Under the pieces are notes generated by a model. It saw only the letters and a program-made list of their open reading frames with translations. It made no database searches and had not been told where the DNA came from. A stretch of DNA of 64,000 nt from Octopus vulgaris (lineage: Eukaryota). The stretch is from the NCBI GenBank assembly GCA_951406725.2, contig OX597818.1, forward strand, positions 13,826,001 through 13,890,000. The letters run 5' to 3'. Of the stretch, positions 1 through 12,419 are shown piece after piece (the stretch's first letter is position 1; every line of letters begins with the position of its first letter). Position numbers and translations under genes: made by a program.

Positions 1-149
1 AACGTTTCGATTTTCATAAAAAAATATAGACATGACGCATATATGTGTTGTCCTTTGAAATTTAAAGTAAATATTGATAGACCACATTGACCAATTGCCC
101 TACTTAATCACAAACTTCTGCAGAAAGGCATCATTTGTTCATTATCCTT

Positions 150-1100
150 TAAATCTTAGGTAGTACTTGCAGATTTTTATTGTCCTGTATATTATAATCA
201 TTTGTAGTCCATGAATAAAAAAGTTGCATTCTCTCCCCCAAACCCGAGTTCATCTATATTTTTTTCCTGGCTTATATATGTATGCGCGGAAGATTTTCAT
301 ATTAAATGATTTTCCTAGCTGCCACAGTAATCTCACTGTTGGAAGATATTGGTTGCTCTTTGTTTCTTTGTTTTGTGTTGTGATTCTGGAATAGTCTTAT
401 ATCAGTACTCGAAAACCTCGCTTGGTTAGTACATACCTGACATCTGCAAATGTATTTGATGAATTAATTGCTTTTCTTTTTTTGCTTAGGCCAGATCAAC
501 TGTTTGATGTTATCATTACTTAATTTGTAATGCCTGTTTTTGTTTATGTATGATATCCCATCTGCATTAGTTGCATGTAATTGGTTACAATTCTGCCATG
601 GTCCTCCATACGCTTATTGTTTTATTTGAAGATACCTGATGGTTTATACTTCAATAAAGTCACTCTCTAAATTTCAAGGTTACTTTTGGTTTTGTCTATC
701 ATGTATTTTCCTACTCCATTTATCGCATTTTGGTTGTAAAGTAACTGTGGTCGCACAAAAAAAAATAATGAAAAGAGAGGGAAAATTACTTAGCTGACAC
801 TCCTCCCTAGGATAATTAGTATATTTGCTTCAGTGTGATTTTGGTGTCATGCATTGCTTAGTAAGCATTGTTTTTAATCTGTCGGTTTGTTGTGTGTGTC
901 GAGGTAAGTAGATAGGGTTTGAAAGTCATTAATTTTGTCAGGACTCTGGATATTTAGAATGAGACAGCCATCTGCGTAACGTTTCCTATATTTCTGATAG
1001 GGGTTTATGGAAGCTGATGCCATGCTTTAGTTTATATTTTTATACATTTGAGCTTCTAGGTGGCCACGATCAGATTCGCTACAATAGTGCCAATCTTCAT
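150..1100 (-). mobile_element. Possible highly decayed non-LTR retrotransposon RT relic (L1/Tx1-like)
   Basis: Minus-strand translation gives PDKINDFQTLSTYLDTHNK, resembling the RT 'NDFRPISLLNTDYK' motif, followed by 'ILGRSVS'. Many stops and frameshifts. Confidence 0.2.
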
Positions 1101-1924
1101 TCCCATCACAGTCTATGTTGTTGTTTTCCCTTCTTTATAATTGTTTGGCCATTTGGTTTAAAATTTCATTAATACATCAAATTAACAACCGAAGTGTTGT
1201 AGAAAAGCGTCCCGGAAGGTATGAAGTTTGGTAAATATTTCAAACTGTTTTTCTCTAGTGTGGCGGGAAAGTAGCTGACTATGTGTTTCACAAAATGGGT
1301 CAGTAAGAGTTGGCCTTAATTTAGAATGATTTAGCTGCGGTAAGCCATTGAATGTTTATGTATATCTAGGAAAACAAAAGAAGGGAAATGCAAAGGTAAA
1401 TTGGCTCACCAATAAACAATATCAATCATTACAAACATGTTTCATGCCTTCTGTATACCACAATAGTTACAATATATTATCACAACACGTGTATTGCCGA
1501 AAAGGAAAAATAGGTAATATCACGTTTCAGAAAGCAGGATATTCTTAATTGCAAACTGATAAATAACAGGTGACATAAAAACACTGGAGATTTAGTGTAA
1601 GCAGGGAAATGCCAACTCCAATGAAGTAACAATTTGCAAGAATCAAAACCTGTAAGGTAGACAGAAAGAAAAGAAAGAAACCATCACTTTAACCGATATA
1701 CGAAAACGAATGGTGGTTTGGGGATTCAGGTTAAACCACTAGAAAAAAATTGCAAAGTAACACAATTACTACATTGAGTTATGCACGTCCATCAGAAAGT
1801 CACTAGCAACGCCAACAGAATCAAACTAACTAAATCAAATGAGAGAGAGAAGTATTCAGCAAGATGCAGATAACCGAAAAGTATCCTCAAGAGCAATTTC
1901 GCGGGCTGTATTGTGAAACTCTCT

Positions 1925-3039
1925 GTTTCAGCTACATTGTAGACACACTACTATATGTAGTATTGTTTCTGGTGAATCGAGACAACACAACAATGGCGTT
2001 AATGAGATGCCACATGTCAATGACTCTCCTGGTGTTGACATCTGCTATTGCCTGGACGGCAGACTCATCAACCTTGCGCGCCTGAGATCCAAAACTCGAA
2101 CATCGAGTATCAGCAGCCAGGTATTCAAATATGCAGACGACAATGTCACCATACCTCCTCCGTTGCCGACTGCCAACGAATCATTGTAGCCTACAATCGT
2201 TTTAGAATGGAATTGAATGTGAACAAATCAAAGATACCAAAGCAGTCTGTTTCTGGATAAGAAATGCTAGAAGTAACCAACGACATAGAGGACACACCAC
2301 TGGAAGTTGTCAATGACTTTCAGTACCTCAGCACTACTCTTTCATAATCCGGAACATGTGAAAGAGACGGCGACCACTGCATCATATTTGCTCATTGGGC
2401 CTTCGGAAGACCCACCAAGCGCGAATTCAGTAACCGCACGCTCTCCATCCGAACACAATTCATCGTATTCCGCGCCGTTGTCTTCTGCATCTATATATCT
2501 GCTTGCAGGACATGACCCCTGTATCGAAAATACCCGAAAAAGCTTGAACATTTCCAACAAGCTAAGTTTCGGCAGATCCTCAACATCAAATGGCAGGACC
2601 GACACACCAACAACGGAGTTCTCAATCGCTCAGAAATGCCAAGCACTGAACTGTCACCCTCAAATATCGCATCGGAAGCTCAGGATTTTTTTATCTGAAT
2701 GTCCCCTTCAAGACTACTGCGGACCATTTTCCATTTTCTACAGTAAACTCATCAATGGCAAACGGTATCGAGGAGCCCCAAAACGTAGATTCAAAGAGCA
2801 ACTAAAGTCTTCCCTCCTTCAAGCCAGCATCAGCCCATACACCTGAGAAACAGAAGCTGCTGACCGTCGATCCTGTTCAAGAACAATTCATTTCAGCTTT
2901 TCCACTCTTGAAAAACAGAAAGACTGAAGAAGCAAAATGAAAGGCGACGCAAGGCCCAGTAACTCTGGCAAAGACCATCACCCGCCCTGCTGTGCGATCA
3001 ATGCCCGAGACTGCTCTATCTCCGACGTGGCCACCTAAG

Positions 3040-3041
<2 letters not shown>
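1925..3041 (+). mobile_element. RTE-clade (BovB-like) LINE, decayed 3' portion of the RT ORF
   Basis: Frameshifted peptides GVDICYCLDGRLINLARLRSKTR...FKYADDN, AYNRFRMELNVNKSK, LEVVNDFQYL and GKRYRGAPKRRFKEQLKSSL match RTE-BovB RT and C-terminal motifs. Ends at a (TA)n tract. Confidence 0.85.
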
Positions 3042-3071
<30 letters not shown>

Positions 3072-3075
<4 letters not shown>

Positions 3076-3413
3076 ATTTGCAGCGTGAGAGGTGTTTATA
3101 AGGCATTTAAAGACGCACAAAAACCGTAGATTCACTTTAAAATTTTAATTTAGTTTGGCAAAATATTTTTTGTCGCTTTCAGACCGCGACCTGATCACTG
3201 ACAAAATCCCGTGCTCCATCGGAATGTTGTCAGTAATCAGGTCGCGGTGTGAAAGCGACGAAAATATTTTGCCAAACTAAATTTAAATTTTGAAGTGAAT
3301 CTAACGATTTTTGTGTGTTCTTAAATGGCTTACATTTACCTTCCTCGTTGCAGTTGTTTTTGTTTCACCACACGATCTCAGATCAGGTTACATGCTATGC
3401 AAGTATATCTCAG

Positions 3414-3416
<3 letters not shown>
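3072..3416. mobile_element. Foldback element between (TA)n tracts, ~140-bp inverted arms (3072-3360), Penelope pLTR-like
   Basis: 3072-3211 is the diverged reverse complement of 3220-3360. The same family recurs truncated at 19721-19850. Confidence 0.7.
3227..3275 (+). ncRNA. Hammerhead-like motif, G3-C8 core variant (degenerate); inverted copy at 3155-3204
   Basis: ttgtca-GTAATCA-g-gtcgc/gcgac-GAAA-ATAT-TT-tgccaa. The inverted copy has GTGATCA but a mutated GAAA. Stem III is the palindrome AATATT. Confidence 0.45.
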
Positions 3417-3472
<56 letters not shown>

Positions 3473-3630
3473 TAATAGGAATGACCAATAAAGTGGACTC
3501 CTACTACGGTAAATATAGACGTCATATCACCATTGCCACGAAGAGTATGTTCTCAAGAAAAAATTCAGCCAAACGCCAGAATGTATAAAGAGCAAGACAA
3601 ATGAAAATATACGAAATAATAAACGATTAC

Positions 3631-3696
3631 CTACGTGCTATGGTTTCAATCGCTAATATTTACGTATGTAACTATCTACAAGATCATCAGCGTAGT
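3631..3696 (-). ncRNA. Degenerate type I hammerhead ribozyme (inverted copy of 4025-4091)
   Basis: Minus strand reads actacg-CTGATGA-tcttg...GAAAC-cata-GCA-cgtag. The cleavage triplet and stem II are mutated. Confidence 0.5.
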
Positions 3697-4024
3697 GTGT
3701 CACGTTTTGCTAAATTTTTTCTTGAAAACATACTCTTCGTGGTAATGGCGATTTTTTATGCAATATAATTTTTAATCTTCGGATATTTAAATATTCTAAG
3801 CCACTGGTTTTAATTGTTTAATATCAATTTCTACTCTCATTATTTACATTTAATTAGCAATGCTTTCTAACCGTTAAATTAGCTGCTGAAATTTATTAAC
3901 TGCGGAGTTGTTTCCGAGACATTTGAAAAATACCCCCAACTATAATTTGCAGAGCTTTATGCATACTCTCTTACGGCTGAGCGTTCGGTGTCTAGTTCTG
4001 AAAATTGTGTTTTGTAAGCGACAG

Positions 4025-4091
4025 ACTACGCTGATGATCTTGCAGATATTTACATACATGAATATTAACAAGGGAAACAATGGTACGTAGT
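4025..4091 (+). ncRNA. Type I hammerhead ribozyme
   Basis: Stem I actacg/cgtagt, core CTGATGA (4031-4037), stem II tcttg/caagg, GAAAC (4074-4078), short stem III, GTA cleavage triplet (4083-4085). Confidence 0.8.
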
Positions 4092-4345
4092 TAATCGTTT
4101 TTTTATATTTCGTATATTTTCATTTGCGTTGCTCATTTTCACATTTCGGCGTTTTGCTGTAATTTTTCTTGAGAACACATTCTTTGTGGAAATGACAAAT
4201 TGACGTGTATATTTAGCATATTAGGAGTCAACTTTAGTGGTCATTCCTCTTACATTTGTGTATAATATAATTTTTAATCTTAAGATTTTTAAAATATGCT
4301 AAACCACTGGTTTTAATTGATTAATATCAATTTCTTCCCTCATTA

Positions 4346-4412
<67 letters not shown>

Positions 4413-4420
4413 ATAATAAA

Positions 4421-4662
4421 TGCACCCTTTTAAAGCCTAGCCAGGCTCATGGGCCCGGTTTCCCGGTTTCTACGGCGCATATGTTCCCCCAACTGGGCGG
4501 AACGCCAGTCCATCGCAGCGTTACTCATTTTTGCCAGCTGAGTGGACTGGAGAAACGTGAAATGAAGTGCTCAAGAACACAACGCGTCGCCCGGTCCAGG
4601 AATCGAAGCCACAATCTTATGATAATGGTGCTGACACCCTAACCACTAAGCAACGTGCCTCC
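4421..4662 (-). mobile_element. tRNA-derived SINE (head + CORE-like domain + tail)
   Basis: Minus strand begins ggaggcacgttgcttagtggttagg (A box) ... ggcttcgattcc (B box) ... ttgtgttcttgagc. Related copies occur elsewhere in the window. Confidence 0.8.
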
Positions 4663-4839
4663 ACACACACACTCAAACACACACACACACACACGCACAC
4701 AAACACCCTCATATATATATATATATATATATATATAATTCCTGCTTTATTTGTTCGTATGTTGCTTTTGTACAAAAAGGACTGCAGTGCAGAACGATCT
4801 CAATAGCTATCGTAAAGTAAAAATAGCATTTTGTAGTGG

Positions 4840-5310
4840 TTTCCACTTTTAGCTGAAGACCTGTAATTTCGGGGGAGAGGTAAATCAATTTCGTTGATTC
4901 CCAGTGTGCACCTCGTATTCGCTTTGTCGAACCCAGAGTTCATCTGGTACACAGTTCGTCGACCCAGAGTTGAACTGGTACTCGCTTTCTCCACACAGAA
5001 GTGATGAAAGACAAAACGGAAAAACGGACCTCGGCTTAATTAGAACTCAGAACATAAAAACGGACGAAATGCCACTATATATTTGAAGTTGCTTGTAAAC
5101 GGTTTTCGCCTCAGTCGACTTTCATTTTCTCTTTTTCAGGGTCAATAAATTAATGCCAGCAGAGCACCATGGACGATGTGGTCGTCTGTGGTCGTCTGCC
5201 CACATCGCGCAAAATTTCAAACTTAGTGTCAATAATAGAAAGGCATATTGGTTTCAAACTATGGCACGAGACCAGAAAGTTCTGGGCGATGGGGTTGGGT
5301 TAGTGGATTA
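4840..5310. mobile_element. Decayed fragments of the Meta-domain-like SINE in both orientations
   Basis: Degenerate matches to the 28780-28992 repeat (gtcgaccc...aactggtac, gacctcggc...gaactcagaac). Confidence 0.55.
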
Positions 5311-5494
5311 CACTATATACTGAAAGATTTTATTAAATGCATCATGGAGGATGCTGCAATTTGCAGGTAAGATGGAAACAGGTGCAGGCATCTACATCCG
5401 CATTTTCCCTTGACTAGGCTAGTGATTTAGAAGCAATTCTCCGTATTGCAATATTGCTGTGTCGTATATTTCTAATAATGTGAAACATAAAGAG

Positions 5495-5756
5495 TAAAGA
5501 CCCCCTTCGGTCATGAATGACCATGGGATGGCATTTAGAAAGTCCCCCTCAAAAGTACATGTCCGGGTAGGTTTGTATATGGTAGGCCAGCAGTTGCCCA
5601 TGCATACCAGCTTCCCCTCTCCACGCCACCGATGTTACCCAAGGGAAAGTCAAAGGCTGATACAGCGTGGCAGCAGCAGTGACGTCGCAGCTGTTACTAC
5701 ATTTGAGTGAACAAGAGCAACGTGACAAAAGTGTCTTGCTCAAGAATACAACACAT
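5495..5756 (-). mobile_element. SINE body (CORE-like domain + distinct tail), headless
   Basis: Inverted homolog of 6292-6562. Contains gtgtcttgctcaagaatacaacac, the CORE-like motif in reverse. Confidence 0.6.
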
Positions 5757-6291
5757 ACATTGTGAAATATCGTGGTAATAAAAGAGTTATGATTCTTTAA
5801 AATATATACTGAATTTTAAGCTGGACTAAGTTTATAAAATAGCACGATTACAAGTTTATAACATTTATTTAATTGACACCTTTGATGTATGCTCTGCCTA
5901 ATGAGACTACACATAATTACAGGAAATACAAAAAATTGATTAAAGAGATGTGTTACTTGTGTAAAAAGTATAATGTGCAGCGCAAGTAAATTTTATATTA
6001 AAACGAATGCAGACAGTATTGTAGTTCTCCAATTTGTCTGTGATTTAAACATCGAATGAGCAGTCGCATGCAATTCCTTGAAAGATTTATTAAAAATAAA
6101 TGAATACAAAAAGAAACAAGGAAAAAATGTATTGAATGTACAGTATTTTTAATGAAATAACCAATTTAAATACAGAAGCATAAGAACGCTGAAACTACTG
6201 AAGCTATAAACGGTGTTACCTTTTTTATATTCATATCCTTGCACACACGCACAACGTTCCCTCTCTCTTTCTCGCGCACACACACACACAT

Positions 6292-6562
6292 ATTGTTGTG
6301 TTTTTGAGGAAAACACTATTTTTTATATTGCCCCACTTTACTCAGTTGTAGCAATGAGATGCGACGTCAGTGGTTCCAAGCTGTGTCAGTCTTTGTCTTT
6401 CTCTTGAATAATATCGGTGACGAGGATATAGGAGACTGCTATGCACGGGTGACTGCTGGTGTTCTAGAAACAACATTGGCTTGACGCTTACTTCTGAGTG
6501 GAACTTTCTAGGTGCAATCCCATGGTCATCGTGATCAAAGGTGGTCTTTGCACTTTACCTTA
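6292..6562 (+). mobile_element. SINE body (CORE-like domain + tail), headless
   Basis: ttgtgtttttgaggaaaacact...cccatggtcat...ggtctttg, the reverse homolog of 5495-5756. Confidence 0.6.
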
Positions 6563-6949
6563 TATATATCATCCTATATAATTATATACGGTGAGTATAT
6601 AAGTATAACTTTTCTAGGCGAGTACTTTAAAAGATCTCAGGTAAATTCCAGTTTCAGGCTAACCACATGAAGCAGTAAGAAGCACCAAGGATTGCTTAGA
6701 GAGAGCAATCCCACTATAATTCTTCAGATGATTAAATCCCAGTTCCACTTCACTGAATTATGGATATCTTCGGGAGGGTAAGCCCAAAACAATTACAAAG
6801 AATACGGCGACTGAGTCGTTGAAAAGCAGGATCCTTCAAGGTTAGACGGTAGGGTACAGACTATCTGGGTGCAACTTAGCATATGAGTAGCGTGCACTAT
6901 TAGAAGTGAAACTATCTAACAATGAGATGAGCTAAACATGACGTTTTGT

Positions 6950-7600
6950 GAAATAAAGAATTTATGTTATAGAAGAGTCTTTCCAAATGCCTTTTAATTA
7001 TCAAAGCTTTGCATATGTGGAAATATCGATTTTGACTAGAGACTTCAATGATATTACATACATCCCTCTATATCAATTTATGTTTGTGGTCAGGTGAGTT
7101 GTATTTTCCATATGAACTACTAATCAGGAAAAACTAGTTATGGAGTAGCACAGCACTGAATATCCTGCGCTGATCCATGTAATTAGGAGAAATTTAGAAT
7201 TTCTATTCCTTCCGATTCCTTCGATTTCCTGTAAATCAAGTACGTACCTGTATCAAGATTTGCGGTTATGTCTATGAAGACAGTCTTTGCAAATTACACT
7301 TTTAGATGAGTCAAAAGTTTTGAATAACGTCAAAAGATTCGCGAATTCATCCATGGCATGGCTGTTCATAGGCCTTGAATTTTCCAGAACCACCATACTT
7401 ATACAGCGCTGAACTCTGGAAATATGTACGCTGTTTACATATGGAGAGGAAATAATCTGAGACATCGTAGTTTCCTGTTGTTATACCACGCAATGAGTGT
7501 CAGGCATACAAACTGTACTTGAAACCGTTTGTTTACACGAAGAGCGCATTGTATACTGGGACCCAATAATAACTTAAGCGTAAATTTGACAGAAAATTCG
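6950..7600 (-). mobile_element. Possible decayed hAT (Charlie/Buster-like) transposase relic
   Basis: Minus-strand peptides DTHCVV*QQ and VVLENSRPMNS resemble the THCxIHR and VNFIKSRPLNS motifs. Heavily mutated. Confidence 0.3.
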
Positions 7601-7982
7601 TGGTAGGTCGTCCTATATGCGTGTGTGTGACGGTTTGTGTGTGTCACCTTGTGGGTTTGTTTATGCTTTACTTTCACCATTCGACAACGGTTGTAGAGCC
7701 GGTAAACCAGTAGTGCAGCACGAATGAAATAATTCCCATACGTGATATAAAATTGGAGTCGACTTGATCAACCCGAAGTGGTGGCATTTTAGTCAATATA
7801 ATGACTGAAACCAGTAACATATCTAACATTAGTTAAGAAGATAAATGTATGTGTGTGTGTACTTGTGTATGTGTAGATGAGTGTATGTGCATATTTGTGT
7901 ATGTGTACGTGTATATATGTATGATAGTAGAGAGAATCTTCAAGTTATTGAGACGTGAAAGACTTCAGGAAATATTACGTAT

Positions 7983-8892
7983 TGTTGTGGGTTCAGCTTA
8001 AGGACAGTTGGCTGTGACCTACTTTGCTGGCTTGGAGACTCCCCGACCCCTTCGGGTGAATCAGGGTTCATTGGGAGGGCTGCCTCCTTAAGTAAGCAGT
8101 TCATTGTGTGAGAGACAGTGAAGAAGAGGAAAAGAAAGTAGTGAGGAAGACAGATTAAGGAATCTGAGCGGGGATAGAGAGAGTATTAGAGCTAAGAGAG
8201 GGATTGAGGGTAGTGACAGAGCAAGAGGTTTTGGAGAGTCGGTATTTGGTCCTCAAAGCGAGCGGTTGGATTTTAGGAGCGAGGATTTGGGAATTCGGGG
8301 CAAGAGTTTGGCAAGTTGGAGTTAGCAGTACTGAGAGAGATGAGGTGCAATATGGGACACTGGCTATTCTAGTAGGAACTAAAGGTACGTGAATTGTGTA
8401 TTGATATGTGAAGAAAAAGACGGAAAAAAATTGATGTATTGAACAGTGAAAAGAAATGAGACAGGACAAGGAATTTAATGAACAATGTGAACTGTTGTGA
8501 ATTGAACATTGATTTGTAACGTGAACTTATTTGTCTACGAACATTGTATATGCCTTTAATGTGATTTGAAACAGAACTGTGTCTCCGTACTGTTATATTG
8601 TATCTGCATGTTTAAATGCTTTGTTCTGTGGTATACCTGTATGATGTATTGAGTTGTTACTTGCATGTCCTCTTTTAAATGTATCTGAAATGTATTTGAT
8701 GTTGTAACAATTGTAATAGTCATATAAACTAGTTGTTAACGTAGCCAGTTGCCTTGCCTTCTGTGTGTCTCCCTCTGTTGCCTCTAGCTGCATCTCCTCC
8801 TGTTGATGTTGTTGTTGTATCTCTCTCTCCTCTCCGAGTTTCCGTGGCGAACTTGCCCGTGCGAGCGAGCGACGGCGGGTGATTCCGTAACA
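7983..8892. mobile_element. Solo LTR (910 bp) with 4-bp TSD, Gypsy-like
   Basis: Termini TGTTGTGG...CCGTAACA (TG..CA, imperfect inverted repeat), flanked by GTAT on both sides (7979-7982 and 8893-8896). Base composition shifts abruptly. Confidence 0.75.
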
Positions 8893-11800
8893 GTATGAAT
8901 AAGAACTGTTAGGCGTTTGCTTTAATGAACATTGTTCGATCCTTCTTAAAAAATACGTGAAGAGGGAACATGACAGTAAAATATCTCTGTATTATTGAGA
9001 GTTCAACAATACATTATTTAATCCAGACATGGTTCTGAGGTCTTCGAAAAATATTTTCAACCGGAATATCTCATCATGAAACGCTCTATACTAAACGTTT
9101 AATGTTTTATCTTATATCTTACGTAAGTGAATTGACTTGACTTTCGAAATTACTGCTGTTATGCATGAAGGGAATAGGCATATTTGTTATAGCAGCAAAT
9201 AGAATATATATAACTTTTGATTTCAGATCACCCAGACTTCAAATGTGCCTTTCATCATCAATAAAGAAATCATTCTTTCATTGCTTTTCCCCATTCTTTC
9301 TCCTTTTCATCCTATATATCTCTCCTACTCTCTGCCTCTCTCTCTCTCTCTCTCTCAAATCACATACATTCTCTTTCACTTTCTCTTTCCATCTCTCTCT
9401 TTCACTATATCTGTCTTCTGGTACAGGCTGCGTTAAGTGACATGAAAGGCCTGGGGAGGGCTCTCACAGCATTCCTTTCTTCAGAAATGAAGAACAGTTC
9501 AGAGTGACACTGTCAATTCTTCCTTAGGAAAGAAGTTACTGTATGGGATGTCTAAGGTGAGACTGACGAGAAAGAATTACTGTAAGAGTAATGAATAAAA
9601 GTAGTGCAAAATACTACGCATACTGTCACAGAAAACATATGAGAATTATACAAAAGCATTCATCAACAAAGAAGGAGAGACTACCAATCCCATTTTGTGA
9701 ACTCCACAATGTTGAAGATGTTGCATTTTGTACAGACGTTCAATACAAAGCTGTGGAAAGTTCGATGCCAACTAGTTTGAATAAAATTGTTAGAGGCTTG
9801 TTTGAAAAGAAAGTTGTAAATTTACTAAATCAAAATGTGTCAGTGAGTTGTTATCGAAAGAAAAATGTTAACAGACATTCACTGTGCCTTATCAATGATA
9901 TTTATAAATGCATAAACCTGTTTCAGACTTATACAGAATCTGCCCATCGTATCACCTGTGAGTCAACAAAAAGAATCTTGAAATTGATTCTACTCACGAA
10001 TGGTTGCACTAGATAACGATTTTCTTACAGCAGAATTCAAAAATATCCTACCATTACAAGATTTAGAGAAATTAAGTTTTATCTGCTAATTCAGTAGGTA
10101 TGAAATGGCGTACGTACAATAGTTTGATAATAGTGGTATGATGCTTGATACGATCCGATACCATGTTTATGAATAAAATGTCAGAGGAAATCATTAAAAT
10201 ATGACTGTATACATGCAAGCAGGACGTACATCAATATTGTTATTTTCTATACCTATGGCCAATCTAGATTCTACGGATCGTTATATTAAACGAGAATAGC
10301 ATCTTCTTTTGACATACACATATTGTGCGCAATGTGCACCTGTGGTTGATTCCAAAAAGATATTTCAAATATATGTTCCTATTAATCCTAGTTTAATGAG
10401 CTATGTTCTTACCAGTCAGTGTTGTCAATTCAAGAGAATATCAGTACATTTCTAAAGAATCACAAATCTTAATATAGCTTAGTTTAAAGAGGGAATTTTA
10501 TGAGAAGAGAAATCAGGAGCATTTTCAAAGATATCGAACTTGAGCGAACTTTCTGATAAGCTAGTATTGATTCATCTCCAAAGAGAAGAATATCTTTCAA
10601 CCCATTTGAAGATATAAAGATGTATGTCAAATGACGTTATAAATAATACTTTTAATATTCGTATTAAGAAAATATTGATTAGATACGTGATAAGCCGGGA
10701 AGGCGCTTCTTTTAATCGATTCTTGCAATGGAAAGACGACGTCAAGGGTTTTATAATGTAAGGATAATGATTACATTGGGATGCTATATTACGATGGCAT
10801 AACCATAATTCACTAAGAAAATTCATATTCAAAGTACTTACAAATTGTTCAAAGTATATTCTTTAATTTGGCACATATCTAATTGAATTCGTCGTACGAA
10901 ATCGAATATTGTATTAGTTGTTTGTTTCGTTATAAACAATACGCAATTTCAGTATAGTATACTATTTGAAACATCTGAAGTGAATTGGGAATACGTCATG
11001 TTATTTGTTGCACTTTAAGCGTTCATAAAACAGCGATAAAAAGCGTTAATATTTCTATAAATATAGACGTGCGTTTGAAAACCTCGAGATCAAAGTTCCG
11101 CCTGCGACATGTTATTAAAATATTTTTGCTCTCATTGTATTTTGTTTGATAATACTGTCAAACAGTATATTTCGTTTGACAGTATTATCACATAGACGGT
11201 AACAAATCTCTTTTCTTTATCACTATGTATCTCGTGATTCTCCACAAATTAATGCCTAGAAATTGACTATAATTATCCGAATTACAATCAACCATGATAG
11301 TCTATAAATAAGACTGGTTGGCGACGACCGATAATTTTTTTTTTATATTCTACTTACGCAGACTGCAAAGAATGTAGAGATGTTGCAAATAAAAGCTGGC
11401 ACATATATCAATCATAGATACTGTACTGTGAGATGATATTAGTTTTTAGTATGCATCTGAATCTGCTTCCTATTTAGAGTTTACCATGAACGTTTTAATC
11501 TTAATAATTAATTATATTTAAAAAATTCATAGTCATAGATGAAGTATGAAGTAGGTTTGTATTACAAATAATCAACATTTTACATTGAGCTGTTACGTAC
11601 TATATATTGAATTACTCTCCTATTTGGTTTTCATAGGAAAATGTCTCTCGGACAATTGACTCTGTAAGAGATCAAGGCCAATAAATTCATAACATAGATA
11701 CAGGACTTGCCTTTCATCGAATATGGGAAAAATACTTCTGGTAATATTAGACGAAAAGCCTAATCATGTATTAATTTGCTATCCTACATTTCTGAAAACT

Positions 11801-12255
11801 TTGTTAACGTAAGTGTTCCAGACGATTTCCCAGTGGCAAATTACCGTTTTGGTGTCGTTCATATCAAAATATTTAATGGTATTGTAGCTATAATGAAACG
11901 ATTAGGAAATATTAACCGGATATAATAACTCTTAAAATAGAAAATTTAAAGCTTTCAACAAAATTTTTCCTATAGTCAGTATATAATTAAATTGCCTTTG
12001 TATTGTATTTTTATTGCTTAATATGATACTGAGTTTATCTTATTAAACGTCATGGAATAAATGTTAATTTACATTGCTTTACTTTTACGAATCATTTTGA
12101 TGGAGTCTGTCATTGAAATTCATAATACAATTAAGAATGTTTTCGCTACTGAAGAAATAAGGTGATATTAGTTTCCTAAATAATGTCTAATATTCTTAAA
12201 ATATCTCTGTTTAGCAGACGTTTACTAAAAGTCGACTGGATGAGGTGGTATCGCA

Positions 12256-12317
12256 ATAATAATAACAATAATAATAATAATCATAATGATGATGATGATG
12301 ATGATGATAATAATAAC

Positions 12318-12374
<57 letters not shown>

Positions 12375-12378
12375 CATT

Positions 12379-12416
<38 letters not shown>

Positions 12417-12417
12417 A
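12256..12417. repeat. Compound trinucleotide microsatellite (AAT)(GAT) then (ATT)(ATC)
   Basis: Directly visible. The tract polarity switches mid-array. Confidence 0.95.
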
Positions 12418-12419
12418 GA

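Larger units (their letters stand above)
3466..4352 (+). mobile_element. Non-autonomous Penelope-like element: inverted pLTR, partial direct pLTR and full pLTR, flanked by (TA)n
   Basis: 3476-3700 is the reverse complement of 4018-4250. 3703-3855 directly repeats parts of 4150-4350. The pLTR contains a hammerhead motif. Confidence 0.7.

Noticed and set aside
6640-6740. Minus-strand CTGAAGA...GAAAC pair
   Set aside because: Stems I and II do not close next to the core, and there is no NUH triplet.
9591-10016. 141-aa ORF as host exon or hAT transposase
   Set aside because: No confident motif or splice context. A profile search is needed.
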